Positions 23,852 to 34,370 of a DNA stretch of 64,000 nucleotides are shown in pieces. The stretch comes from an uncultured Trueperaceae bacterium (lineage in GTDB: Bacteria; Deinococcota; Deinococci; Deinococcales; Trueperaceae): contig CAWCXJ010000006.1 in assembly GCA_963799485.1 (NCBI GenBank), forward strand, positions 288,001-352,000, written 5' to 3'. Below the pieces are notes generated by a model. That model was not told the DNA's origin, ran no database searches, and saw only the letters and a list, made by a program, of their open reading frames with translations. Positions within the stretch are counted from its first letter, which is position 1; each line of letters begins with the position of its first letter. A program made the translations under genes and the position numbers.

Positions 23852-24816
23852 TACCCAATCTTAAAGGAACTGCCGTAGGGGTCGGCGGGGGTGGGATTTA
23901 CGGCGTCGCGGACAAGTTCGTCGGTCGGCTCGAGTTGGTAGACTTCCAGCTTTTCGGAACCGAGCAGGGCGTCAACCAGCCGTTGTGAACCTGAAATATA
24001 GGTCGTGTTGAGGTCAATTTCGGTGTGGACGCACCAGGCGCGGTCTTGGGGCCACCAGAGGTTGGCGCTTTGCTCAAGAGGCGGAAAGTCGAAAGGCGGC
24101 AGGTTTCTAAGCGCCTCTCTAATCTCTTCGGGCGTAGGGTGCTCGGTTCCGGTGAAAATTAAGACGCCTACACCGCTCGACTGGGCAGGCTCGGGCTCTT
24201 GCTGAAAAACTCCCCCTGCTTCTTCCTCATCAAGCATCACCATAAAGCCGCCGCCCACATCGGCAGGACTTGCGCCTGTGTAAAAACTCTGTTCAACCGT
24301 CTGCAAGGGTGCGCTAAAAAGGTAAAAGCGCCGGTCGGGAATCTCTAACGCGGGCGCTTCGTGGATGAACTTCGGCAAGCCGCCGAAACCCTCCCAGACC
24401 GCGAAAAAGCATTCGTTGGGTGTGCCTGTGTGCTGCCCGAGAAGGGGCCATAAGGCTTGGGTCAGCTCGAGCGGCAGACTTCCTCCCAGCGGAGCCCTGA
24501 TATAAACGTTCCCGGCTTTAAGCGCGGTGTAATCGTAAAGTTCCGGATGCGGCCCTTGAATACTTGCCCACTGCATCAGTTTGTGAGGTGTGCGCCCGGT
24601 CAGCTCGGCAACGTCAGCCCAGCGTAAAAGTTCAGAAGTAGACGACTGGTCTGCGTCAGCGGTACAAGTGACTTTCTCTGCCGGATGAAACACCCGTGCA
24701 TACGCCTCAAATCCGCTCGGAACGAGTGAGGCGACGTTTACGGCGAAATCCGTCAGCCGCTCGAGCAGCCAGTCAGCCGGTTCAGCGTTGGGGGCAGGGG
24801 TAAAAGGACGGGCCAC
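23851..24816 (-). CDS. Conserved hypothetical protein
   Basis: 321-aa ORF coupled to both neighbours; blocks [24 protein letters not shown] and [17 protein letters not shown] look conserved. Confidence 0.75.
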   Translation of the reverse strand: MARPFTPAPNAEPADWLLERLTDFAVNVASLVPSGFEAYARVFHPAEKVTCTADADQSSTSELLRWADVAELTGRTPHKLMQWASIQGPHPELYDYTALKAGNVYIRAPLGGSLPLELTQALWPLLGQHTGTPNECFFAVWEGFGGLPKFIHEAPALEIPDRRFYLFSAPLQTVEQSFYTGASPADVGGGFMVMLDEEEAGGVFQQEPEPAQSSGVGVLIFTGTEHPTPEEIREALRNLPPFDFPPLEQSANLWWPQDRAWCVHTEIDLNTTYISGSQRLVDALLGSEKLEVYQLEPTDELVRDAVNPTPADPYGSSFKIG

Positions 24817-24818
24817 GC

Positions 24819-26138
24819 CTACACCCGGACGCGTTTGCCGCCGTCTTTAGAACGCGACTTCCAAATCAGGCGTATCGGCACCTCGGCAAAGCCCAAATCC
24901 TCACGGATACGGTTCAAAATGTACTGCTCATACGGGCGCGTGACGAAGTTTTCGTTGTTCACCGAAATCACAAAGGTCGGCGGCGCAACGTCGGCTTGCG
25001 TGCCGTAAAGCATCTTGAGCGGCTTGCCCCGAAAGTTCGGCGGCGACTGCCGGAGCGACCAGACGTCTAACCAGTTGTTCACGTCGCTCGTCGAGATGCG
25101 GAAGCGGGCGGTGTCGTATACGCGAATCACGGCGGCTAAAAGGTCGTGCAAACCGTAATCGTTCACGGCGCTCGTATAGACTTTGGGCGCAAACGAGATG
25201 TGACCGAGTTCTTGGGCAATATCTTTTTCAAACTCTTGCAGGGTCTCATCCGGCACCAAATCCCACTTGTTGATGGTCAGGACAACCGGTTTTCCGGCGT
25301 GCAGCGCGAGGTTGGCGAGCCGCAGTTCGTGGTCGCCGAGTTCAAAGGGGTCAACGACCAACACCGCAACGTCGGCGCGCATCAGGGCTTCTTCGCTGCG
25401 AAGTTTTGAATAATACTCTACGTCCCCGTCGGGTTTACGGCGGATTCCGGCGGTGTCTACCAGCACAAAAAGCCGCCCGCCGAAGTCAAATTTGACGTCT
25501 ACGCTGTCCCTCGTTGTTCCCGGCAGGTCGGCGACAATCACCCGTTCGTCGCCGACGAGCGCGTTTAGGAGGCTCGACTTACCGACGTTGGGCCGTCCGA
25601 TAATCGCCACGCGCACCTCTTCGGGTTCGGCTTCGTCGGCGTCTGCGGGCAGGCGTTCAAAGATGAGGTCACTCAGTTCATAGGTGCCGCGCGCATGTTC
25701 TGCTGAAACGAAGTGCGGTTCACCAAACCCGAGGGCGTAAAGTTCGTACAGTTCAGGGTCTTCCTCGTGGCGTTCGTCGTCCATCTTGGTGGCAACCAAG
25801 AGCGTCGGTTTGTCTAACGCTCGCAGCCAGTCGGCGATCTCAAAGTCGGCGGCGCTTAAAGGCGTGCGCCCGTCAACGCAAAAAAGGATCAGGTCAACGT
25901 CGCGCAGGGCGAGTTCGATGCGGCCCTTGATGGCAGCTTCCCACTCGTCGTTCGACCACAAGCCGCCGGTATCCAGTAAGGAAAAGCTGCGGCCCAGGTC
26001 GTCTTCGACTCTCGCTTCTTTGACGTCTCGAGTGACGCCCGGCATATCGGCGACGATAGCTTCACGTCGCCCGACAAGGCGGTTAAAGAGGCTCGATTTA
26101 CCCACGTTGGGCCGTCCGACAATCGCCACTCTAGCCAT
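24819..26138 (-). CDS. der: Ribosome biogenesis GTPase Der (EngA)
   Basis: Two GRPNVGKSSL G-domains, DTGG and DTAG. Confidence 0.98.
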   Translation of the reverse strand: MARVAIVGRPNVGKSSLFNRLVGRREAIVADMPGVTRDVKEARVEDDLGRSFSLLDTGGLWSNDEWEAAIKGRIELALRDVDLILFCVDGRTPLSAADFEIADWLRALDKPTLLVATKMDDERHEEDPELYELYALGFGEPHFVSAEHARGTYELSDLIFERLPADADEAEPEEVRVAIIGRPNVGKSSLLNALVGDERVIVADLPGTTRDSVDVKFDFGGRLFVLVDTAGIRRKPDGDVEYYSKLRSEEALMRADVAVLVVDPFELGDHELRLANLALHAGKPVVLTINKWDLVPDETLQEFEKDIAQELGHISFAPKVYTSAVNDYGLHDLLAAVIRVYDTARFRISTSDVNNWLDVWSLRQSPPNFRGKPLKMLYGTQADVAPPTFVISVNNENFVTRPYEQYILNRIREDLGFAEVPIRLIWKSRSKDGGKRVRV

Positions 26139-27072
26139 GTGCTTCTCCTAAACGTGCGCCGACACGGACGCCGTACCCGTTCGCCCAGTCGTAAGCGGGC
26201 ATCTTCGGTTTTCCGGCGGGTTGGACGGTTCTGAGCAGCACCGCGCCCTCGGCGCATTTTACGGTGACACCTTCGGGCGCGAGAGCGGCGACTTCGCCGG
26301 GTTCGCCGCTCATACTCGTTTTTACGGCGCTGAGCTGAGAAACCTTGAGCGTTTTGCCGTGATGCGCCGTAAAACTTCCGGGCCACGCGTAGACGCCCCG
26401 GTAACGGTTGTAAATCTGCGCGGCGGGTTCGTTCCAGCGGATGCGTCCGTCGTCTTTGGAAAGCATTGAGGCGTGCGTTGCTTCAGCGTCGTCTTGCGGA
26501 CAGCTCGGCAGCTCGCCGTGTTCTAACTTCTCGAGGGCGTCGGTCAAAGCTTCAGCACCTAATATCGAAAGCTTGTCGAACAACGTCGGTGCGGTGTCGT
26601 CCGGGTTTACGGCGAGCCGCCGCAAAAGCCGCACCGGGCCGGTATCGAGCCCGGCTTCGGTCTGCATGATGCTGACGCCCGTTTCCGTTTCACCGTTGAT
26701 GAGCGCCCACTGAATCGGCGCAGCGCCGCGATATTTAGGGAGCAGGCTGGCGTGAACGTTCAAAAAGCCGTGTTTGGGAATGTCGAGCAAGGTTTGCGGC
26801 AAGATTTTGCCGTAGGCGGCGGTGACGGCGACGTCTAACTCGAGGTCTCGCATCAGCTCGAGAAACCCTTCGTTGCGCCTTAGGCGTCCGGGTTGCTCGA
26901 GCCTCACCCCCAGCTCTCTTGCCCGCGCCGCAACCGGCGGCGCGGTTAATTTATTGCCGCGCCCGGCGGGTTTGTCGGGTTGAGCGACGACCAAAACGAC
27001 CTCGTGACGTTCTCGTAAAGCGCCCAGCACCGGCAGCGCAAACGTCGGGGAGCCGAACAGCGCGGCGCGCAT
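26131..27072 (-). CDS. fmt: Methionyl-tRNA formyltransferase
   Basis: QPDKPAGRG, NVHASLLPKYRGAAPIQW, LDTGP. Confidence 0.98.
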   Translation of the reverse strand: MRAALFGSPTFALPVLGALRERHEVVLVVAQPDKPAGRGNKLTAPPVAARARELGVRLEQPGRLRRNEGFLELMRDLELDVAVTAAYGKILPQTLLDIPKHGFLNVHASLLPKYRGAAPIQWALINGETETGVSIMQTEAGLDTGPVRLLRRLAVNPDDTAPTLFDKLSILGAEALTDALEKLEHGELPSCPQDDAEATHASMLSKDDGRIRWNEPAAQIYNRYRGVYAWPGSFTAHHGKTLKVSQLSAVKTSMSGEPGEVAALAPEGVTVKCAEGAVLLRTVQPAGKPKMPAYDWANGYGVRVGARLGEAHG

Positions 27073-27689
27073 CAGCTCGCCTGCTTGGTTTTAAGCTCTT
27101 TGAGGTAGCCTTTGGCTTCACGTTGCAACTCTGCAAGCTCTTTACGGTGCAGCTCTAAAAACTCGCGTTTGTCGGCTTCGGGCAAGCGGTCGAAAAAGAG
27201 CACGCCGTCTAGGTGGTCGAGTTCGTGCTGGATGACGTGAGCGAAATGGCCTTCGGCGTCGCGTTCATGCTTTTTGCCCGATACGTCTTGGTACCTTACC
27301 CGGACGCTCTGGTCGCGTTTCATGTCTTCAACAAAGATTCCGGGTAGGCTCAAACAACCGTCGGTGCCGTACTGCACGCCGTTCCGGGCGATAATTTTGG
27401 GGTTGACCATGACGTGTTCGGCCCGGACGCCCCACTTTTCGCGTTTTTCACTACTCGTCATCACTTCGCCCTCTAGCTCTTCTTCCGCTTCTTGTTCGGC
27501 CAGCTCGAGCGCCACGAACACCCGTTCTGAGAGGCCGATTTGCGGCGCAGCCAGGCCGACGCCGCTGGCGTCATACATCGTTTCCAGCATGTCTTTAGCA
27601 AGAGCCGCCAGTTTGTCGTCAAACGCCGTCACGGGTTTGGCGCGCCGCCGCAACACCGGGTCTCCGTAGTAACGAACCTTGTAAATCAC
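27072..27689 (-). CDS. def: Peptide deformylase
   Basis: GVGLAAPQIG, DGCLSLP, QHELDHLDG. Confidence 0.98.
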   Translation of the reverse strand: MIYKVRYYGDPVLRRRAKPVTAFDDKLAALAKDMLETMYDASGVGLAAPQIGLSERVFVALELAEQEAEEELEGEVMTSSEKREKWGVRAEHVMVNPKIIARNGVQYGTDGCLSLPGIFVEDMKRDQSVRVRYQDVSGKKHERDAEGHFAHVIQHELDHLDGVLFFDRLPEADKREFLELHRKELAELQREAKGYLKELKTKQAS

Positions 27690-27712
27690 CGTTTCTCCCT
27701 AATGAGGCTCTG

Positions 27713-28684
27713 CTAGCGGGGCGTGCGGACGTTAAGCTCGAGCTGCGGCGCGTCTAGCGCCGTTACCCCGTCCGGCAGCGCCAGAGTCAAGCCTAAAGTA
27801 TACCGCCCCGGTTCCAGTTCGGGCGTTTCGGGGAGTGTTCCCGTCACCGCTGCCAGCTCCCGTAAAACAGCTTCAGGGCCGACGACGGTCACATTAGCTT
27901 GGCTTGGCTTGGCTGAGACGACCTCGAGCCCGGAAACCGTGACAGGCGAGAGCTCGAGCGGCAACACGCGCGTTGAGAGCACAGCCCGAGACTCGGCTGT
28001 TACGCTGACCTCTGCGGGTATCACGGAAACGCCCGCGACCGGCTCACCCTGTGCGTCGGCAGCGTAGACACCGGCGCTAGTGTTCGCGCCCTCAGTAGCA
28101 AGGTCGTAGGGAGCCAGCACCTGCGTGACACGTTCTAGTTGCGCTTCAGCGCCCGCTACCGCGACGGTTGCAGGGTCGGGGCGCGTTTCCAGCACCGTGT
28201 CTGCTGCGGGCGTACCGAGTGTCACAACTTGTACGGGTACTTCCTTTTGCACGCGCGTCTCGACGCTGCCGATAATATCGCTCGGGTTGACCCGCACCAC
28301 CGTGATGCCTTGCGGCGGAAAAACCCGCACATCCCTTTCAAACTCGCCGTTGACGCCGCGCAGGTTTAATACCACGTCGACGCCGTCGGGGTTAAGCGCG
28401 CTGAGACGGCTCGAGGGTCCCGAAAGCCGCACCGTGACGCGTTCCGGCAGCTCGAGTACCGTCTGATTTTCAGCCAGACCTTCGGTGTGCAGGGGTGCGC
28501 GCAGTGTCCGCTGGGCCAAGAGCGCGTCGTCGGTACCGACAAAAAACCAGAAGATCGTCGCCAAAAGGAGCGCGCCGAGTTTGAGCGGCAATTTGTGTAA
28601 CAGCTGCCCCCACAACCTTACCCCTATTTCTTGGAGGGACTCGAGTACCCCTTGTCTTGCAGGTTCACCGCCCTTACCGCTCAT
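27713..28684 (-). CDS. cdaR: YbbR-repeat diadenylate cyclase regulator
   Basis: KLGALLLATIFWFFV TM segment, then beta-rich repeats (P..VTV.GP); follows cdaA. Confidence 0.85.
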   Translation of the reverse strand: MSGKGGEPARQGVLESLQEIGVRLWGQLLHKLPLKLGALLLATIFWFFVGTDDALLAQRTLRAPLHTEGLAENQTVLELPERVTVRLSGPSSRLSALNPDGVDVVLNLRGVNGEFERDVRVFPPQGITVVRVNPSDIIGSVETRVQKEVPVQVVTLGTPAADTVLETRPDPATVAVAGAEAQLERVTQVLAPYDLATEGANTSAGVYAADAQGEPVAGVSVIPAEVSVTAESRAVLSTRVLPLELSPVTVSGLEVVSAKPSQANVTVVGPEAVLRELAAVTGTLPETPELEPGRYTLGLTLALPDGVTALDAPQLELNVRTPR

Positions 28685-29408
28685 ACGCCTCCCGCAACGC
28701 CCGCAGCACCTCGGCTGGCGCGATGTCGCCTCGCAGCACGCCGTTTTTCGTGTACGAAACCGTGCCCCGTTCCTCACTCACGACGAGAACCAGGGCGTCG
28801 GTGACTTCGGCTAGACCGAGCGCCGCCCGGTGCCGTGTGCCGTGTTTGGCAGCGAGCCCCTCGAGGCTCTCCGAGAGCGGAAACACCGCGCCCGCATAGG
28901 TGATGGTGTCGTCTTTAATCAGTACCGCACCGTCGTGCAAGGGGCCACGTGAATCGAAAATGGTCTGCAAGAGCGCCGCCGACACCGGCGAATTGAGTCT
29001 TGACCCGACCGCGCCGTACTCGGCGAGCGGCACTTTTTGCTCGATGGCAATGAGCGCTCCTTTGCGCTGCGCCGCCAACTCACGTACCGCACTCATAATT
29101 TCAGGTACCGGGTCTTGCCCGACCGGACGTACCCCGCGCCCCTGTCCGACCCGTTCCAAGGCGGCCCGCAGCTCCGGCTGAAACACCACCACGACCGCAA
29201 AGAGTGCAACCGGCGCGGCGTAGTTAAAAATCCAGCGGGTCGCCTCTAAGTTGAGCCGGGTCGCCAAAAGCCATAGCAGCAGCAAAAAGGCAAACCCGCG
29301 CAGCACGTTCCACGCCCGCGAATCGACAAAAAGCTTGTATCCCTGATAGATCACGCCTGTGATAATCAGGATATCGAGTATATCGAGTAAACTCACTCCA
29401 ACCGGCAA
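28674..29408 (-). CDS. cdaA: Membrane diadenylate cyclase
   Basis: Three TM helices, FQPELR, PLHDGA and GTRHRAA DAC motifs, VSEERG. Confidence 0.95.
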   Translation of the reverse strand: MPVGVSLLDILDILIITGVIYQGYKLFVDSRAWNVLRGFAFLLLLWLLATRLNLEATRWIFNYAAPVALFAVVVVFQPELRAALERVGQGRGVRPVGQDPVPEIMSAVRELAAQRKGALIAIEQKVPLAEYGAVGSRLNSPVSAALLQTIFDSRGPLHDGAVLIKDDTITYAGAVFPLSESLEGLAAKHGTRHRAALGLAEVTDALVLVVSEERGTVSYTKNGVLRGDIAPAEVLRALREAYER

Positions 29409-29538
29409 ACGTCTACCATCCCTACACCACGCTTATTACCTAACGCACTATCTTTACACACACTTTTGAGCTTTAGCTGAAAAACGCACGTGCAGGCGAC
29501 TTCACGGTAACATACGTATTAAAGAGTGCGTGACGCAA

Positions 29539-29582
29539 AAACGCAGTAGCAGTGCAGTAGAAACGCAATAGAAACTTAGCAG
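29539..29582. repeat. Degenerate 4 x 11-bp tandem repeat upstream of prfB
   Basis: aaacgcagtag cagtgcagtag aaacgcaatag aaacttagcag. Confidence 0.5.
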
Positions 29583-29625
29583 AGCCGCCGCAAAACTGCC
29601 GCACGCCGAAGGCGAAAGGAACATC

Positions 29626-30730
29626 ATGAACGAACAGACCAGCAACGACCAAAAAGAGCAACTTCACGCCCTCCGGGGGTATCTTTGATGTCGCGGGCAA
29701 AGAAGCGCGGCTAGCGGAAATTGCGCCTCAACTCAACGACCCGAACCTCTGGAACGATCCCGACGGCGCGCGCGCGGTCACACAAGAGGCTGCCAGGCTG
29801 GGCCGCATCCTTACGACCTACCGGCGTTTGGAAGGTGACATCACCGGGTTGGCCGAGCTGTTAGAAGGCGCTTCGGAAGAAGATATACGTGAGCTCGAGG
29901 GCGAACGAGGGAGCATCCAAAAAGACCTCGACGCCTTGTACCGTGAAACGCTCTTTTCGGGTCGTCACGACGAGAGCGCCGCGATTTTGACCATCAAACC
30001 AGGCGCAGGCGGCACCGAATCGTCCGACTGGGCCGGGATGCTCTGGCGAATGTACCGCCGCTACGCCGAACGTCAGGGGATGAACGTCGAACTTTTGGAC
30101 GCCGTCGGCAGCGACTCGGCCCCGAACGGTATCGATTACGCACAGCTGATCGTGCGCGGTGAACGCGCTTACGGACTTTTACAGGTCGAATCGGGCGTTC
30201 ACCGGCTCGTGCGGGTGTCGCCTTTCGACGCGCAAAACCGCCGCCACACCTCGTTCGCTTCGGTCGAGGTGATGCCGGAAATTGCCGACGACGTAGACGT
30301 GCGCATCGATCCGAAAGATGTGCGCGTCGATGTGTACCGCTCTTCCGGCCCCGGCGGGCAGTCGGTCAACACCACCGACTCGGCGGTGCGGGTCGTCTAC
30401 AAGCAGGGCACTTCTGATGAGATCGTGGTGACGTGTCAGGACGGTAAATCGCAGCTCAAAAACCGCGAAAAGGCGATGACCGTGCTTAAATCGCGGCTCT
30501 TCGAACGCGAGGAGCGCCGCCGCCGCGACGAGCAGACCGCCGCGCGCGGTGAGCAAAAAGCCATCGAGTGGGGCTCGCAGATTCGCTCGTATGTGCTCGA
30601 CAAACAGTACGTTAAAGACCACCGTTCGGGTACGATGCGCTTTGATCCGGACAATATCTTGGACGGCGACATCGAAGGGCTGGTGTGGTCGGGGCTCGAG
30701 TGGAACGCGCAGCAACGCGCTGAAATGTAG
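29626..30730 (+). CDS. prfB: Peptide chain release factor 2 with a programmed +1 frameshift at 29683-29689
   Basis: ATG 29626 reads to ...CGG GGG TAT CTT TGA T; the +1 frame (GAT GTC GCG...) joins the ORF carrying SPF and GGQ. Confidence 0.97.
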
Positions 30731-30816
30731 GGTTTTTGGGCGAATCTCGCGCGTATCTCGAGTTTAACAAGGTCGTGAGCTACATTCTCTCGACTTTTGC
30801 GGTAAAGTAGTCTCTT

Positions 30817-31455
30817 GTGCGTATCCTAGCTATCGCCGACGAAGTTTCGCCGTTTGTCTATTCGGAGAATTTTCCCAAAAACCTCCCGCCGTTCGACCTG
30901 GTGCTCTCCGCCGGGGATATGCCGGGGCACGTATTAGAGTTTATCGCCACACGCTTAATCAAAACCCAACCGGTCTATGTCGTGGGCAACCACCACGAAG
31001 AGTATCTGCGGCGTGACGACCCGGAAACCGCGCAACTCGTGCAGCTTCCGGGCGGCTGCCTGAACGCGCACGGGCGGGTGCTCGAGGTCGGTGGTGTGCT
31101 CATCGCCGGGGTCGAAGGTAGCCCGCGCTATAGCCCCGGCACCCATCAGTACAGCGAGTGGCAGATGTGCGCCATCACCCGCAAAATGACCCCGCGCCTC
31201 TTATACAACCGTGCCCGTTACGGGCGCGCCGTCGATGTTCTACTCACGCACGCCGCGCCCAAAGGCCCCCACGAAGGCGCGGACTACCCGCACCGGGGCG
31301 TCGGCGCGTTCAACTGTTTTGCCCAGCGCTGGAAACCTAAAGTGCATATCCACGGTCACGTTCATCTCAACGGGGCCAACGCGCCGCGCGAATACGTGAC
31401 CGATTCGGGCGTCCGGGTGGTCAACGCCTTTGGTTTTACGGTGCTCGAGCTGTAA
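30817..31455 (+). CDS. Metallophosphoesterase
   Basis: IAD, AGD, VGNH, LTHAAP, HGHVH. Confidence 0.92.
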   Translation: MRILAIADEVSPFVYSENFPKNLPPFDLVLSAGDMPGHVLEFIATRLIKTQPVYVVGNHHEEYLRRDDPETAQLVQLPGGCLNAHGRVLEVGGVLIAGVEGSPRYSPGTHQYSEWQMCAITRKMTPRLLYNRARYGRAVDVLLTHAAPKGPHEGADYPHRGVGAFNCFAQRWKPKVHIHGHVHLNGANAPREYVTDSGVRVVNAFGFTVLEL

Positions 31456-31592
31456 AATGCGCCGCCAAAGGTCTTGAGCGGTGCAGCTTATTATCAAACG
31501 ACAACTTTGCGAGTTGGCAAGCGTCCTCCGGGAAGAACCTCGAGTCAACCGAAACTTGTCCGGCTAGCAACGTGCTCTGCCCGGCTCGGTGG

Positions 31593-32390
31593 CTAGTGAG
31601 CGAGGGCAGCGTCCAGCAGCGCCTTGGTGTAACTGTGCTGCGGCTCGCTAAAGATAGTCGCGGCGGCACCCGCCGCGAGCACCACCCCGTCTTTCATTAC
31701 CAAAATGTCGTTGGCGAGCGCCCGCACGACGCGCAAATCGTGACTGATAAACACGTAGGCGAGGTGGTGTTGGCGCTGCAAGTCGCGGAGCAAATCGACG
31801 ACCTGCGCCTGCACCGTCCAGTCGAGTGCGCTGGTGGGTTCATCCAGGATAATCAGGCGGGGTTTTAAGACGACGGCCCGGGCAATCGCCAAACGCTGCT
31901 TTGCCCGCCCGAAAACTCGTGCGGGTAGCGGTCCATGGTGCGGGGCTCGAGCCCGACTTCCCGCAAAACCTGTGCCACCCGTTCTCGCCGCGCCGCGTAG
32001 TCGCCACCGGGTTGATGGACGCGCAGCCCTTCTTCAACGATTTGAAACGCGGTGAGCCTGGGAGCTGTAGGGGTCTTGAAAGACGACCTGCAAATCGCTC
32101 CGTAACCGCCGTAAATTGTCCCCGCGTAAATTTTGCAAATCGCGTCCGTCAAAGGTGATGCTGCCGCTTACGACCAGTTCAAGAAACGCCAACCCCAGTG
32201 TCGTTTTCCCCGAACCCGATTCCCCGAGCGTGAAGGTAAAGACGACATCTTCGGCGGTAACCGGCTTACCGTCGTGCCACCGCGCTTCCGGGCGCAAATC
32301 GAACTCGACCCAGGTGTTGGCTTGCGGAAAGCGAATCGTCTCGGCGAGAAGCCCGTACACCGAGAAGGGCTCGTCGCCGGACTGCACCAT
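31593..32390 (-). pseudogene. Collapsed yej-type peptide ABC operon remnant (solute-binding fragment fused to ATPase fragments)
   Basis: DEPFSVYGLLAE...RWHDGKPVTAEDVVFTF runs directly into TLGESGSGKTTLG; RYPHEFSGGQ and IILDEPTSALD follow in other frames. Confidence 0.88.
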
Positions 32391-32543
32391 CAGCTATGAG
32401 GGTTTTCTTGCTTATTGTTCCAGGAGAGTTTATACAGCTCTAACCTCGGGCTCAGCTTATGTAGCGCAATTTAAGTTTACTTCTTTACACCACGTCGGCT
32501 GAAGGGGAGAAGGGCGCTGTCTCTGACGGTAGAATAAGAGCTA

Positions 32544-34370
32544 ATGCAAGCGTCCGACCTGCCTGTTTTGCCCACGCAACCCGGTTGCTACTTGTTTCAC
32601 GCCCCTGACGGTGAAGTGATTTACGTCGGCAAAGCCATCAACCTCAGAAGCCGGGTGCGGAGCTACTTTAGCGCCACCGCGCCGCAAAAAGCGCAGCTGA
32701 CGAGCCAAAGGGCCGAGCGGCTCGAGTTCATCGTCACCAAATCCGAGGTCGAGGCGCTGATTCTCGAGTCCAACCTCATCAAACGCTACAAACCGCACTA
32801 CAACGTGCTCTTGAAAGACGACAAGAGCTACCCTTTTTTGAAACTCACCAACGAAGCGTTTCCGATGCTCCTCTTTACGCGGCGCATCATCAAAGACGGC
32901 GCAACGTACTTCGGGCCGTACCCGAACCCCGGTTCGGTCAGAAAGGTGCAAGAACTCGTCGGCTCGATTTTTCCGCTGCGGCAAAACAGCGGGGTGCCGT
33001 TGCAACGCCGTAAAAAACCGTGTTTACGCTTTCACATGGGCCGCTGCCTCGCGCCGTGTATAGGCAACGTAACGGTTGAAGAGTACGCGAAAGTGGTGCG
33101 GCAGGTCAAGACGTTTTTAGAGGGCGACGTGGCAGGGACCGCGGCGCAGTTGGACGCAGAGATGAAGGCGGCAGCGGGCCGTCAGGATTTCGAGTTGGCG
33201 ACCTTGTACCGCGACCGCTTGAACGCGCTCCAGCGGCTTACGGGTTATGACTCGGACGTGGCGAGGGCCTCAGACGACGACCTCGACTTTTTAGGCGTCG
33301 CGCAGGCCGGAAACTTTGCGATGGTGCAGCTTTTTCAGATGCGGCGCGGGCGGGTCGTCGGGCGCGACAAGCGGTTTTTGACCAACGCCGAAGGTGCGTC
33401 CGAGAGCGAGATCTTAGAGCGCTTCATGGCGGACTACTACGCCCAGGTGATGCAGGTGCCGCCCCTCATTCTGGTGCCGTCCGAACTCGACCTCGAGGTC
33501 TGGACAAAATTTTTATCCGAACGGGCCGGTAAACGCACCGAACTGCGGGTGCCGCAACGCGGCGACAAGCTCGAGCTGATGGGGATGGCCTCCCGCAACG
33601 CGACGACCGGGCTCGAGGCCGAACTCGCGCTCTTAGAAAGACGCGGTGAAGCTCCCGGCGTTCAGGAATTGCAGACCTTGGCAGAGCTTGAAACGGTTCC
33701 TTACCGTATCGAAGGCTTCGATATCTCGAACCTGATGGGGACGCATACGGTCGCCTCGGTTGTGGTCTTTGAAGGCGGGCGGGCGCGGCGTTCCGAATAC
33801 CGTAAACTGCGCGTCACGGGCCTCAGTCAACCCGACGATTTCTACTCGATGCACCAGGCGGTGTACCGGCGTTTTACGGGGTCTTTGGCAAACAAAATGC
33901 CGCTGCCCGACCTTTTACTGATCGATGGTGGTAAAGGTCAGCTGTCGGCGGCGCGGCGGGCGCTCAAAGACGCGGGGCTCGAGCTGCCGATGCTCGGTTT
34001 AGCCAAAAAACAAGAGACCATCATCCGTGAGGGTGCGCCGGAAATCCTCGTCCCGGAAACGCACCCGGCCCTGCGCCTACTCATCAACATCCGCGACGAG
34101 GCGCACCGCACCGCAGTTGGCTACAACCGCAAACAGCGCGGCGCAGCGATGACCCGGAGCTTGTTAGATGATGTGCCGGGTATCGGCCCGGCGCGTAGAG
34201 ACGCACTCTTGTCGCGGTTCTCGAGCCTCGGTGAACTCCGGGACGCCGAAGTCGATGACCTCGCCAAAATTCCCGGTATGGGCCGGAGCGCGGCTGAAGC
34301 GGTTAAAGAATTCCTAAGCGGCCTGGCTAACGAGCCCGCGCCTAACCCGGATGTACCAACCGCGACCTGA
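32544..34370 (+). CDS. uvrC: Excinuclease ABC subunit C
   Basis: GIY-YIG (PGCY, YVGKAINL), RIEGFDIS, LIDGGKGQ, RDEAHR, HhH. Confidence 0.98.
   Translation: MQASDLPVLPTQPGCYLFHAPDGEVIYVGKAINLRSRVRSYFSATAPQKAQLTSQRAERLEFIVTKSEVEALILESNLIKRYKPHYNVLLKDDKSYPFLKLTNEAFPMLLFTRRIIKDGATYFGPYPNPGSVRKVQELVGSIFPLRQNSGVPLQRRKKPCLRFHMGRCLAPCIGNVTVEEYAKVVRQVKTFLEGDVAGTAAQLDAEMKAAAGRQDFELATLYRDRLNALQRLTGYDSDVARASDDDLDFLGVAQAGNFAMVQLFQMRRGRVVGRDKRFLTNAEGASESEILERFMADYYAQVMQVPPLILVPSELDLEVWTKFLSERAGKRTELRVPQRGDKLELMGMASRNATTGLEAELALLERRGEAPGVQELQTLAELETVPYRIEGFDISNLMGTHTVASVVVFEGGRARRSEYRKLRVTGLSQPDDFYSMHQAVYRRFTGSLANKMPLPDLLLIDGGKGQLSAARRALKDAGLELPMLGLAKKQETIIREGAPEILVPETHPALRLLINIRDEAHRTAVGYNRKQRGAAMTRSLLDDVPGIGPARRDALLSRFSSLGELRDAEVDDLAKIPGMGRSAAEAVKEFLSGLANEPAPNPDVPTAT

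Noticed and set aside
32400..32543. DdrO/RDRM radiation-response motif upstream of uvrC
   Set aside because: TTATGT is present but the palindromic second half is missing
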